Shown here: positions 37,401-49,900 of the stretch, piece by piece
How positions within the stretch are numbered: the stretch's first letter is position 1
How the letters are laid out: every line of letters begins with the position of its first letter
From: Cyanophora paradoxa CCMP329
Taxonomy: Eukaryota; Plantae; Glaucophyta
Direction of reading: 5' to 3'
DNA length: 64,000 nt
Assembly (NCBI GenBank): GCA_004431415.1
Contig: QPMI01000072.1
Location: 1 to 64,000 of the forward strand
Made by a program: the position numbers and the translations under genes
The notes under the pieces: generated by a model
Seen by the model: the letters and a program-made list of their open reading frames with translations, nothing else
What the model was told of the DNA's origin: nothing
The model's database searches: none

Positions 37401-40400
37401 AGCGTCACGCGCGGGAATTTGTGGTGGAGGGCTGCTGCGGCCGCGAGGCGGAGCTCACCCGGGTACGCCCTTCCGGAGGGGCCTGGAGCTCTCGCCCTTA
37501 GAGCCCTTGGGGGGTAGCGAGTTCTCAATGCACCTAGGCCTCTCTAGCCCTAGTACCTAGGCGTAGAGCCCTCCGACTTCTACCACTAAAATTCTAAGAA
37601 GCTCAACGCACCCTACAGCTTCTCTCCCCGCCCCGCCCCGCCCCGCCCCGCCCCGCCCCGCCCCGCCTTGCCCCGCCTTGCCCCGCCCCGCCCGGCGCCT
37701 TGCCACTCTATAACCGCTCTACCCGCCCCGCCCCGCCCCGCCCCGCCCGGCGCCTTGCCTCATGTCTCTCTTCCCCGCCCCACGCCCGCCCGCCCGCGCA
37801 GGTGCGGGTCGCCCTGGACGCCCTCTGCGGCCCCGGCCGCCGCGGCTTCTCCCTTGTCCTGGAGGGTACGAGTAATAAATGGGGATTCTCTTTTCCTTAG
37901 AGCTGCGGCGGCTTTGCCGTGGGAGATTCTAGGGCTAAAGCGAATTATCCCCCATCGTACCTTCGAAGGTACGAATCGAACCAAAGCTCGAGCTATTCCA
38001 GGCGAATGAAAGCGAAACCTTTTCTAAGCCCAAACGCGTGTTAGCTCTCCGTGCCTTCGCGCCCCCGCCCGCCTAGCGCTCCCGCCCCCTGCTTTTCCCA
38101 CCATTAATCTCGCGCGTGGGGGCTTCGCCTCGGGTTCCCGTCTGCTCGCTCGCTCGCGGAGGGCCGCCGCGTCTTCTTCTGAAGGCCAATTCACCGATCT
38201 GAGCTTAGCTAGAGCCCCGAACCAAAGCTTCTCTCCGGCTTCGCCCTACAGAAGAAAGATTCTAGAACCAGAGCCAATGCCTCCTCCCTCGCAAGCATTC
38301 CGAAAGCTCGACCCCCTCTGACCTTGATCCTCTCATCTCCTCTGACCTCCCTCCCTCCCCCAGGCGAGGCCGGCTCTGGCAAGACGTGCTTTATGCAGCA
38401 GGTGACCGGCCCGAAGGGGGGATCGAGAGGGGATCAAGAAGGGATTTTTATCCAGAGATTAGAAGCGGATCAGAAGCGCGATTCTTAAGGGATTAGAAGC
38501 GGATTATCAAGGAAGGATTTAAGGATCTAAGGAGCTCCGCCTCAGAGAATCAGCGCAAGAATCGCCCCCCTCTCCTCCTCCCCCTCCTTATCGGGCCTGA
38601 ACGCGCCCGAAGGGATCGCCCGCCCTCCCGCTCCCCCCCCCTCCCCCCCCCTCCCCCCCCTCCCCGCTCCCCGCTCCTTCGTATCGGGCCTGAACGCGCC
38701 GCCCTCGCCCCCCCCCTCCGCTGCAGGTCAAGAGGGAGTGCGAGGCCCGCGGGGCCGCCGCGCTCTGCGCCGCCGCCGACCCCGAGGCAAGATTCTATAA
38801 AATTCTATAATTAGATTCTATAAGATCCTATGAGATTCGTATAATTAGATTCTATAAGATTCTATGAGATTCCTATAAGAGAGTGCCGACCCCGAGGCGA
38901 GCGCCCCGCCCTCCTTATAAGATTCTATAATTAGATTTCTATAAGACTCTATAACATTCTATAATTAGATTCTAGAAGATCCTATGAGATTCCTATAATT
39001 AGATTCTATAAGATTCTATGAGATTCCTATAAGAGAGTGCCGACCCCGAGGCGAGCGCCCGGCTCCGTAGCCCCCTCCCTCCCTCCCTCCCTTTTGCGAC
39101 CGACACGCACCCCTTTTCCTTCCTCCCTCGTCTTCTGGCCAGTGCTCGGCCCCGTAGTCCCCCCCCCCTCCCCCCCCCCGCGAGTGCTCGGATAGGTCCG
39201 GCCAGGCAGGGAGGGGGTTGCCCCCCTCCCCACGCGCCTCTGTTTCCAGCGGCTCGGCCGGACCGCACCGGCCCCATACTCCTCCCTTCCTTCCTCGCCC
39301 CCATCTCTCATGAAGACGCGATAAACCCCCTCTTTTCCTTCCTTCCTCCCCCGTCTTCTGACGTCGTGCTCCTTGCAGGACGGGGCGCCGCTGGCCCCGC
39401 TGCGGCGGATGCTGCGGCGGATGGCCGGGCCCGGCGAGGTGCCCGGCTCCCCAAGCATCGATATCCCCTCCCCTTGCGCCTCAAGCCTCTGATCCCTTCT
39501 TAACGCCTGCCTACCCCCTCCCTCGCGCAGGACGAGGCGAGCCTTGCGGAGCTGCTGGCGGCGCGGGGAATCCTCCCCGAGCCCGACGCCGCCGTCCTCG
39601 CCGGCCTCTTCCGCGGTCCGCTCCTATGAGATTCTATGAGATTCCTAAGACTCTAAAGCTTAAGATTCTATGAGATTCTATGAGATTCCTAAGACTCTAA
39701 AGCTTAAGATTCTATGAGATTCTCTAAAGCTTAAGATTCTATGAGATTCTATGAGATTCCTTCCCTCTTCAAAGACTGGGGGGCGCTGGGGCGCCCGGCC
39801 GGACGAGAGGGGGCGCGAGGAGGCGCCCGGCCCGGCCCGGCCAGGCTAGAGGAGGAGGACATCTCAAGGCCTTCAGCCGCCGAAGCGGAAGGCTCGAACG
39901 GCTGAGAGAGCTTCTCACCCCTTCTCACCCCCCCCCCCTCCTCCTTCTCACCCCTTCTCACCCCCTTATAGAAACCTTCTAGAGTCTTACAGTAATCTAT
40001 AGAAAATCTTAGGAGTCTAATAGGATCTAATTCCCTCCTCCTCCTCCTCCTCCTTCGGCAGGCGCGAGCACGCGGAGATTCGCGTCGCGTAGGGGCGGCC
40101 ACGGGCCCCCCGCCTCCCACGCCGGGCTGGGCGGCCTGGCGATGGGCATCCGAGACGTGAGCAACGTCCAGGTGAGTGAGGAAGGAAGAGAGAACAGCCA
40201 GCGGTCCCTTTGCCGTGGCCTCTATTGTAATTATACAAGAAAGAAAGAAAGAACAGCTAAACATTTCGTCTTCTTTCTGTTCTCTTCGTCGTGGCCTCTA
40301 GTCTACTTTGTTCGAGAGCTAACATTCTTCTTGTGCGCGCGCACCAGGGCTCCTTCATCGGGTCGGAGCACGTGCAGCTCGCCCGCGCGGCGGAGGCCTT

Positions 40401-43400
40401 CGCCCGGTGCGCCCTGGCACCCCCCCGGCCGCGCCCTCTAAGCTTCTCACGCTTCTGATCATGAGCTTCTTATCTGAGCGAATCTCACCTGAGCGTACCT
40501 GAGCGTACCTGAGCTTCTTGCGCGCCTCACTTTGTCTGTTTCGCCGCAGGATCTTCGCGGCAATCGAAGAGGGCCGCCTGCCGGTGACGCCCCGGGGCCG
40601 GGCGCGGCCCCTCTCGCCCCCGCCCTCCTTCTCGCTGGCGGACGAGGCGGCGGGGGCGGCTGGGGCGGCGGAGGCGGCGCCCAGCGCCGTCGCACTGCTC
40701 GTCGACGACGCCCACCACCTCGACAGGCGCGCCCGCCCGCGCCGAGCTTCCGGCTTCCTTCCTTCCTTTCAAGCCCCCTTGGCGTCTTGAGCTCCCTCTA
40801 AACCGCTGATCATGAACTCTTCTTCTGACCGCCGCCTGACCGCCGCCCCGTTTCGCTTCTTTTTCGGCGCAGCGGCTCGTGGTACATACTGGAGGCCCTT
40901 CGCGAGGAGTGCCCCCGCCTCGCAGTGCGCCCCTCTAGGCCCCTCTGGGCCCCTCTAGGCCCCTCCTCCCCCGTCCCGGCCTTGCTGGAACTAGTATCGC
41001 TAGAGGCGGGGCCCCTCTGCGAGGCGGGGGCACTCCTCGGCCCCTCTGGGCCCCCCCACGGGGCCCCTCGCGCGGCCCTCCTCCCCCTCGAGGGGGGGGG
41101 GCCCGCCCTCCTCCCCCGCCCCCGCCCTAGCGACCGAGCGCCGCCCCCGCCTTGCTTGAAATACTAGAAACTAGTATTTCTTGCTTGAACTAGTATTTCC
41201 CGTATTTCAAGCCCCCGCCTTGAACTAGAGTTACTTTGTGCCCCCGCCTCGCCGTGGGGGCCGCCCCCGCCCCCGGCCCCAGCGCTAGGGACAGAACGCC
41301 GCCGCCGCTCCCTAGGAATTCTAGGGAAAATACTAAAGCTAGCATGTGCCAGCGTCTCGCCGTGCGCCCCCGGCCCCTCTAGGCCGTATTTTCTATAGCT
41401 AGTATGTGCCAACTAGATTAGTATACATCCTAGACTAGACACATTAGTTCTCCTGGAAGCGCAAGCCAAACGGCTACTGGAATTTCTCACCCGCTCGCTC
41501 GGCGCAGCTGGTGCTGACGGCGCGACCGACGGCGAACCCGCCCGTCGCCCTCGCCCTCTTCTCCGGACAGGTCCGTACCCCCCCGGGCGCCGGGCGCCGG
41601 CCCGGCCAAGCGCCGGCCGAGCTGTCTAGGGGGGAAGGAAGGGAGGGAATGAGGGAATGAGGGAGCTGGGTCCACGTCCCTCGCGGGTGTGGCGGAGGCG
41701 CTGGGCCAGCGCCAGCGCCGGGCGACGGCCAAGGCCTCCCTCCCCGGTTTTAGAAGGTCTAGATATAGGGACATAGATACATAGATGGCAGGCCCCTGGA
41801 GTTGGCTGGCCCCGGCCCGTCTAAATATAGGGCTAGATTGGAGCTCCCCCCCTCCCTCCTCCTGACCTCCAGCGCCGGGCGACGGCCAAGGCCTCCCTCC
41901 CGACCTCCTGACTGACCTCCCGCTTCGTGGCAGAACGCCCCCGCGGCGGCCCCGCCGCCGGCCGCCAAGCCCCCCGAGGGCAACGTGAACGGTGGCGGCA
42001 ACGGCGAAGCCGAGGTGCCCCCTCCTTCTAGACGCTTCATTTCGCGCCTTGAGAAGCTTAAGCTCTAGGGATATATAAAAATATAAAGGTACAAGGCCCC
42101 CGCTCCTCTCGGGAGTTAGCTAGCCCCGGCTTCGCTCCGCCGCCGCCGCCGCCGCCGCGCGTCGTAGGCCTAGGCCTTAGCGACCGCCGCACTCCTAGAA
42201 TCGAAGGCCCCGATAGATACAGATAGATAGATAGAAGGCTCCGGCCCCGCCCCGCTCCTCCGCCGCGCGTCGACGCTCTAGGCCTTGTATTATAAATTAG
42301 CCACCGCCGCACTCCTGTCTAGATCTGCGGTACCGCCGACGCTTCCGCTCCGCTCCGCTCGGGAGTTGTAGTCCCGGCCCCGCTCCGCTCCTAGGCCTTA
42401 GCGACCTGTCTGCGCACTCCTGTCTGCTGTGCCACCCGCTCGTCCCCCGCGCAGCAGCAGCAGCACCCGCCTCCGACTTAAGATAGAGAGAGAGATTGAT
42501 ATTAGCGTCCTAGGCCCTCTATTAGCGAACAGGCCTGATATAAGCGACCGGCGCACTCACTCCTGCCCCCTGTACCGCTGACGCCGACGGCTCGTCCCCC
42601 GCGCAGCAGCACCCGCCGCCGCCGACGTACCGCTCGCGGCGGCCCTCGGCGGCCTCGGCGGCCACGGCGCTGCACGTCGCGCTGGGGCCGCTGCCCCCGG
42701 GGCCCGCCCGCGAGCTCCTCGACGTGCGCGAGACTTCTCTTAAGACTTCTCTTAAAACTTGAGATAAATAAGAGACCTTATCGACTTTGATATGAGATTC
42801 CTCTTAAGAAACTCAAGAGATAGATTCCTGGGCCCGCTGGGCCCGGGGCCCTCCCGCGAGCTCCTCGACGTACGCTTTCTCTCTTTGATTTGGGATTCCT
42901 CTTGAGACATCGTTTGTTTTGTTTTCTTGTAGGGTCTCACGACGACCCTCGGCATCCGCTGGGCCCCCGTGCGTCCTCCTTCTCCCCCCCTATCCCCCCC
43001 CCTTCGTTCTCCGAACGAACGTTCCCCCAGGGGACCGTCGAGGCCGCCGTGGAGGCCTCTGGGGGCTCCCCCGTGTACCTCGTCGAGGTGAGCGTTCCTT
43101 CGTTCCTTCCTTCGGGCGAACGCTCCCCCGCCCGTTCCCCTCATTCCCTTCCTCCCTTCGCCGCCTCTCCCAACTTGCCTTGTTCGCCTTCGCCTTCAGG
43201 TTGCGAGGCTTGCGGCGGCGCGGGGAGGGCTGGGGCCGGGGGACCTGCCCAGCACCGTGCGCCCGCCCGCCCGCCCGCCCCCAAAGCGATGATCTTCTCT
43301 TCGCTCCTTACAACTGAGCCGCTTCGCGCCAAAAATAGATCGGAGGCATCGCGCTCGCGCACCTGGCGCTCCTCCCCCCGGCCGCCCAGGCGCGCCGCTC

Positions 43401-46400
43401 GGCTGAGCTCAGATGAGCTGAGCTCAGATTCGCTTTCCGTCTGGTGACTCGGGGCCGGGCCCGGTTCGGGGGGGGGGGTACAGGCCGTCGCGCGGATCGG
43501 CGCGGTCACGGGCGGCGGCTTCTCGATCGACTCCGTGCGGGCCCTCGACCCCTCCGGCGACGCCTCCTTCGCCCGGGTACGCCGTTTCCTTCGTTCTCAC
43601 TTCGGAATTTCTTTCGCACTCCAACGCGCTTCGTTCGCCGCCCCAGGTCGTCGCAGGCTTCCTCCAGTTGCGCCGGGCCGGCCTCATCCGCGTGCGTATA
43701 CGTACCCCCCGCGCCCCGAACCGAAACGGGACTCGAGTCCCGCATCGTCTGCGAGACGTAGACGCTGGTTCCTCGCGCCTCGCCTCGTCTCCTCTCGCCC
43801 CGTCTCACGCCCCGGCGTGCATACGCAGGAGGGCGGGGTGGAGGGCGGGGGCGGGGGCGGGTCGGAGGGGTCCGGCGGGGTGGCCTCTGACGAGGAGCGG
43901 TGGCCCGGCGCCTCGAGCGACTTCCGCTTCTCCAACAAGCTCGTCCAGGCGAGCCGGCCAGCCAGCCAGCCAGCCAGACTCCTAACTATCTATAGCTAGA
44001 GCCTAGACTCCTAATTATGGTATCCGGTGTGTATCTATCTATCTATACACCCTCTACCTAATTGGAGTACAACAGACTCCTATCCACCCAGATTCTCCAA
44101 CAAGCTCGTCCAGGCGAGCCCACAACTAGAACTAACTAGACTAGATCTAGACCCCTTACTCGACTCCTAACTAACTAACTAATAGACTAGACTCCTACCT
44201 AACTAGACTACGCCTTCTTAGTTCCGCTTCGCCAACAAGCTCGTCCAGGCGAGCCGGTCAGCAAGCCAGCCGGCCTTTGTTTATCTAGATATTCCTGCCT
44301 GCCTCGTCGCGTCTCACACGGCTTCTTGTAGCCATTTTCCTGGCTATGTGTACAGCTGTCTCTAGCCCTAGCACAAGCCTTGTTGATAGCTATCTAGCCT
44401 CCTAATTTCAATCCACTTTCCTTCCACTGATGATCGACCTCCTTCCCTTTGCCCCTCGCAACTGCAGGAGGCGGTGTACGAGGCGGTGCCGGAGGGGACG
44501 CGGCGGGACGTGCACGCGCGCTACGCCTCCTGGATCGCCGCCCGCGCCGCCACCGAGGGCGCTGGCGCCGCCGCAGGCATCGCCTCCCGGTGCGCGCGCG
44601 CCAGAAGTAGATTGAAGTGTGAAGTCCGGTCCGTAGAGTGAAGGGGGCTCCTATAGCTAGATCCAAGACCTAGAACTAGCATCAGCATTCTAGACGAGTG
44701 AAGCTCTTAGATACAAGATCTAGATCTAGCAGTACTAGAAGAAGAAGGAGGTCCTTCCATCGGAAGGAGATCCGGTGGACCGTCCCGCCCCCGCGCGCCC
44801 GATGACCTTGCCCACCGCCCCTTCTTGCTCCTCCGGGATCCCCCCCCCCCCCCCCCCCCCCCCCCAAGGAAGCATCAGATGTAGGAAGATTCGCGTCAGC
44901 ACCCTAGATCCATCGGACCTTAGCTTTCCTTATCGCCCGATGACCTCGACCTTGACCAGCGCCCCTTCTTGCTCCTCCCCACCCTTCCCGCGGTGACTGA
45001 CCGGACCGCCCCGCCCGGCGCTGGCAGGCTGAGCGCGGGCTCCGGCGGGGACGACGCCGGGGCCGGGACGGGGGCGCCCCCGCGGCGCCTCTCGGCCTTC
45101 TCGTCTCGGGACTCCATCGCCAGCGTCGTCGTGGACGGGGCCTCGCGCGCCAGCCCCGCCCTCCTCGCGTGCGCCCGCCTCCTCGCTAGAAGAACGTTAG
45201 AAGAAGGAATATTGTTTAGACAATCTCGCTATCAAATCTCGATCTAGGATTCCACGAAAGTAATTCTAGAAAGATTCGCCAGAAGAGACCCCCCCTAGAA
45301 GAGACACCCGCCAGCCCCGCCCTCCTCGCGTGCGCCCGTTTCTTTAAGATCCTTGAAGACCTCCTCACATTAGGAAGAACATCCTAAGATCTCAAAGAAA
45401 TTAACCCGCTTTAAATCCTAAGATCTTGAGATCCTTGAGATCGTTGAGCTTTGTCTCGGGAGCTCTGAACCCTCGCCGCCCGGCCCGGCCCCCGCAGGCT
45501 CCACCTCTGCCTCGCCGGGGACTTTGGCGCGGCGGCGAGCCAGCTCGAGGCCGCCGGTGCGTGCGCGCGCGATCCGAGCGAACCAAGCGGAGCGGAGCCG
45601 AGCCGCGGCCGACGCCCTCCCGCCCGCCCGCTCTCTGGATTCGAACGCCTCTGACTTCGCCCCGCCCCGCAGCGGACCAGGCGCTGCAGTCAGTGGCCGT
45701 GCCGGAGGCGAGGCAGACCCTCGCCGAGATGGTGCGCCTCGCGCGCGCCCCCCGCCGATACATACGGCCCCCCACATTCATTTCCAAGAGCAATACCACA
45801 GCCGCCTCGTTATGTCGTTATGCTATCGGACGCTTTCTGATTCCTGGCGCTGACGCCCCTTCCTCCTCCTCCTCATCCTCCTCCTTCTTCCTCCTCTAGC
45901 TAGCTTCTTCTAGCTAGTTAGTCTTAACTTTAAGTTTGCAAATGACGCTGACGGCGCCTGGGGGCGGCGCCTGGACGTTCGTCGTCGGCCGCTCTAACTT
46001 TGCAACTGACGCCCCTCCTCCCAGGTGCTGGTGGTGGATGCGCTGGCGCTGGCGGGCCCCGCCGTGCCGCCCCTCCCGGAGGCCCTCAGGGCGGACGCCC
46101 TCCAGCTCGCCGGGCCCCGCTCCCGAAAAGTCCGTCCGGGATCCGCCCCGGGCTTCTTCTTCTTCTTCTCGGATTCTGATATAGATAAAACACACGACCC
46201 GAATTGTTGTTGTTGTTGTTCAACTCCTCGGCCCTAGCTTTCCTTCCTTTGATTTGATTAACTCTTCGGCCCTTTCCTTCCTTCCTTCTTCCCTCACTGC
46301 CTCCGGATCCGCGCAGGCGCTCGCGGCGGCGGGTTCCTCGACCCGCCTGCCCGGAGACGCCTTCGTTGGAGCTCAGGCGCAGGCGCGCTCGCTCGATCTG

Positions 46401-46836
46401 ATCCGATCTGATCTGACCTGATCTGATCCGGTCCGATCTGATATGATGTGATGCGCATGCGCAGGCCCGCTGGCGCGCCATGCGTCTCCAGGTGCGCGGA
46501 ATTTCACCGAGTTTCACTTCGTTTCACCGAGTTTCACCAAGTTTCGCTTAGCTTCGCTGACTGGGGGTACGCTTTTTGCGCGTGCGCAGGCGCTGAAGCA
46601 GTGGGGGTACGTTGAGTACGTATTCGGCCGCGTGGAGCTCGCCTCGTCCATCGCTCAGGCGCGCCCGATTCAAATTCGATCCGCTCATATGAGCCTCGAA
46701 TCGAACTCCCGTCCCACTCGCTGATCCCACTGATCCTATTATCTCAGGCCGCCCTGGAGGCTATCGGGCAGCCGCTCCGCCCGCGGGCCCCGACACCCGG
46801 TGCGGCTTTGCTTTTCTTCGGCTTGGCGTTCATCTT

Positions 46837-46918
<82 letters not shown>

Positions 46919-49900
46919 TATAGATAGATAGATGGCTATAGAACCCTCCTTCTCGCAACCCTTCACCTTTGTTCATTGATTTGATCCGCGCGGCCTGGCA
47001 TTGCCTCAGAATTTTCATATAGAGATATATATACTTCTCTTCTTCTCTACCTCACCTGACTTCATTGATTTGGCGTTAATCTTAAGATAGATACCAGTAG
47101 ATAGATAGATAGATGGCTATAGAACCGTCCTTCTCGCAAGCAACCCTTCACCTTTCTGTCTTCATTGATTTGATCCGCGAATTCGCAGCGCTGCTCTTCG
47201 AGGCGTGGCGGCTGGCCTCGAGGCTCACGTCCGCGCACTCCGGCGCGGCGCGCATTGTCCCGTACCCGGGGCGCGGGTGCCCCCGCACCCGCCCACCCAC
47301 CCACCCACCCCGCTCTCGACTCACCTCTCTTCTCTCGGCGCCAGCGGCGCCGGCGGTGGAGGCGGGCAGGGCGAGGGCGAGGGCGAGGGGGAGGGGGAGG
47401 AGGGGGGGGAGGACGAGGGCCCGGCGGAGGACGACGAGACGGTGGCCGCCCACTGTGCCGTCCTCGTCGCCTGGTGCGCTGTATCTAGGACACGGAGCAG
47501 AGCTTATCCGTCCATCTATCCATCTATCCATCTACATCCGAGTCTCCTTCTCCCTTCCCGTCGCTCTCCGCCGTCGGTTTCTGGCCCTATAGCTAACCAA
47601 CCCCGGGCGGCCCCGGCAGGTGCGCGTCGAAGCGGGTGCTGGGGCGGGCCCGCAACGAGACGTACCGGACCGCCATCGGCGCCGCCATGCGCGCCGCCCA
47701 GCTCGTCGCCGCCCGCCGGTGCGAAGTTCGATGGAAGACTCGGAAGCTTTAGAAAAAACTTCCTAGCCATAAATAAATGCTCAAGGTCCCAAGGTCCTAT
47801 TGATGGGGAATAAGAATCTCGATAAGAAACAAGCCTAAAGGGCGGCCATTGAGCTCGTCGCCGCCCGCCCGCCGGTGCGAATACCGTCCTAGAAGCTTGA
47901 GGCTGTATGGAAGAAGCTTAAGGAGAACGTGCCTAGAAGCTTAAGGGTTAGCGCTTGCGCTGTCGGGCCCGGCCCGTCGCCGCCCGCCGGTGCGCCCAGC
48001 TCGAAGAAAACTTTCCTAGATGAAACTTTCCTAGATGTTCAAGGTCATACAAAAGCCGCGCTCTTAAGCATTCCGAATCTCACCCATGACGCCCCAATCC
48101 TCCGAACGCAGGGAGGCGGGCAAGCCGCTGGGCGCCGCGCACGTCCGCGCCTGCGCCGTCTTCAGCACCTTTCTCCGGGGTGCGCGCCCGTGTGACCCCG
48201 CCCCGCCCCGCCCCGCCCCGCCCCGCCCCGCCCCGCCCCGCCCCGCCCCGCCCCGCCCCGCTCTGCTAGAAGCCAGAAGCCCCAAGTGAACCTAGATCTG
48301 GAAGGATAGAAAGCCGAGTCATCTAGGGCTGAGTTCTAGGCAAGAATCAAGCGCGTCAAGCTTTTCCGAGTGCTGGAGCGCCTTCTAATCTAGAAGAACA
48401 GAAGCAACTCGCGCCCGAAGCTAAAAGAAGAAAAATAGAAAAGCGCCCCTTCTAATCTAGAAGAATATTTTTCCCCTAGGGGCACGCCCCCGCCCCCACC
48501 CCTGACGCGGGCCCCTGCCCCGCCCCCCGGCTGCAGTGGCGGGCCTGCGGGGGGCCCCTAAACCGCTTTCTAATCTAGAAGAATAGAAGAATAGAAGAGC
48601 CGCTTTCTAAAACGCCTCTAAAAGAACAGAAGCCAGAAAGGTGTCGCCCCTGACGGGTGCTCCGCCCCGCCCCCGGCTGCAGTGGCGGGCCTGCGGGGGG
48701 CCTCTAAACCGCTTTCTAATCTAGAAGAATCTAATCTTTCTAATCTTTTTCTGACGCGTGCCCCTGCCCCACTCCCTGCAGTGGCGGGCCTGCGGGGGGC
48801 CTCGCAGGCGGTGCTGCGCCTCGGGGAGGAGATCGCCGCCTCCAGTGAGGAGAAGAGCGTGCGCAGCCTTCCGAAGGGGAGGGGGGGGTGTGGGGGGGGG
48901 GGAATTGGGGGAATAGGGGAATTGGGGGGGGGGGGGGGGGGGGAAGCCGCCTTCCGCCTTCCGCGCTACGGCTGAATAGCTTTGAAGCCTTCAGCGAGGA
49001 GAAGAGCGTGCGCCCGCATCCCCGTCCGCTCGTGAGGGAGGAGTGGAGGGGGGATATATAGGGGCGGGGCGGTCTGGGAGTTGGCGGAGAGTTGGCGAAG
49101 AGGGGGGGGAGGTGGGGGCGGGACCGCCCCCGCCTCTCACCCGCGCCGCGCCTCGCCGCGCAGCGCCGAGGCTGACGCGGGGCCGGACCGGGCCGGGCCG
49201 GGCCGAGGCTGCTTGAGATAGAGATAGCTTGAGATAGCGCCGCGCCTCGCCTCGCCGCACGCCGAGGCTGACGCGGGGCCGCGCCGGGCGGGGCCGGGCC
49301 GTGCGCAGGGCTGGGGGGCCATCCTCACCATCAAGGGATTCCAGGCCGCCATGGCGGGGAAGTGCGCCCTATTTTTAGACCTGCTTGCTCTGTAGGTAGA
49401 ACCTATAGAACCTAGAACTCATCCTGACCATCAAGGCATTCCAGGCCGCCATGGCCGGGAAGTGCGCGGCCCTTCTTTCTGAGCTTTTGCTCTGTAGGGG
49501 GTTTAAGATCCTATACAACCTAGAGCATGCAGTATTTTAAGAACCTATAGAACCTAGAACCTGTAGGTTTTTAAGGGCTTCCAGGCAGCCATGGCCTGGA
49601 AGTGCGCCCTATTTTTAGCTCGCTTGCCCTCCTCTCTCCTCTCTCCGCCCTCGGGCGGGGCGGCTGAGCGGGGCAGGCTGAGACTTTATGGGCCTTTAAG
49701 TCCCGAGTCTCCCCCTCTCCCTCCCTCCCTCCGTCGGTTAAAGTCCTGAGTGAGAGTTAATGAGAGGCCTTCTAAGAGCTTGAGCTGAGGTTCGCGCTCG
49801 CTCGCGCTCATCATCCCCCCAGCCTGCGGGAGGCGCACGAGGCGTTCGAGCGCTCGCTGGGGTACCACGCCGCCGCCTCCATCCACCCCGTGCGCCCCCC

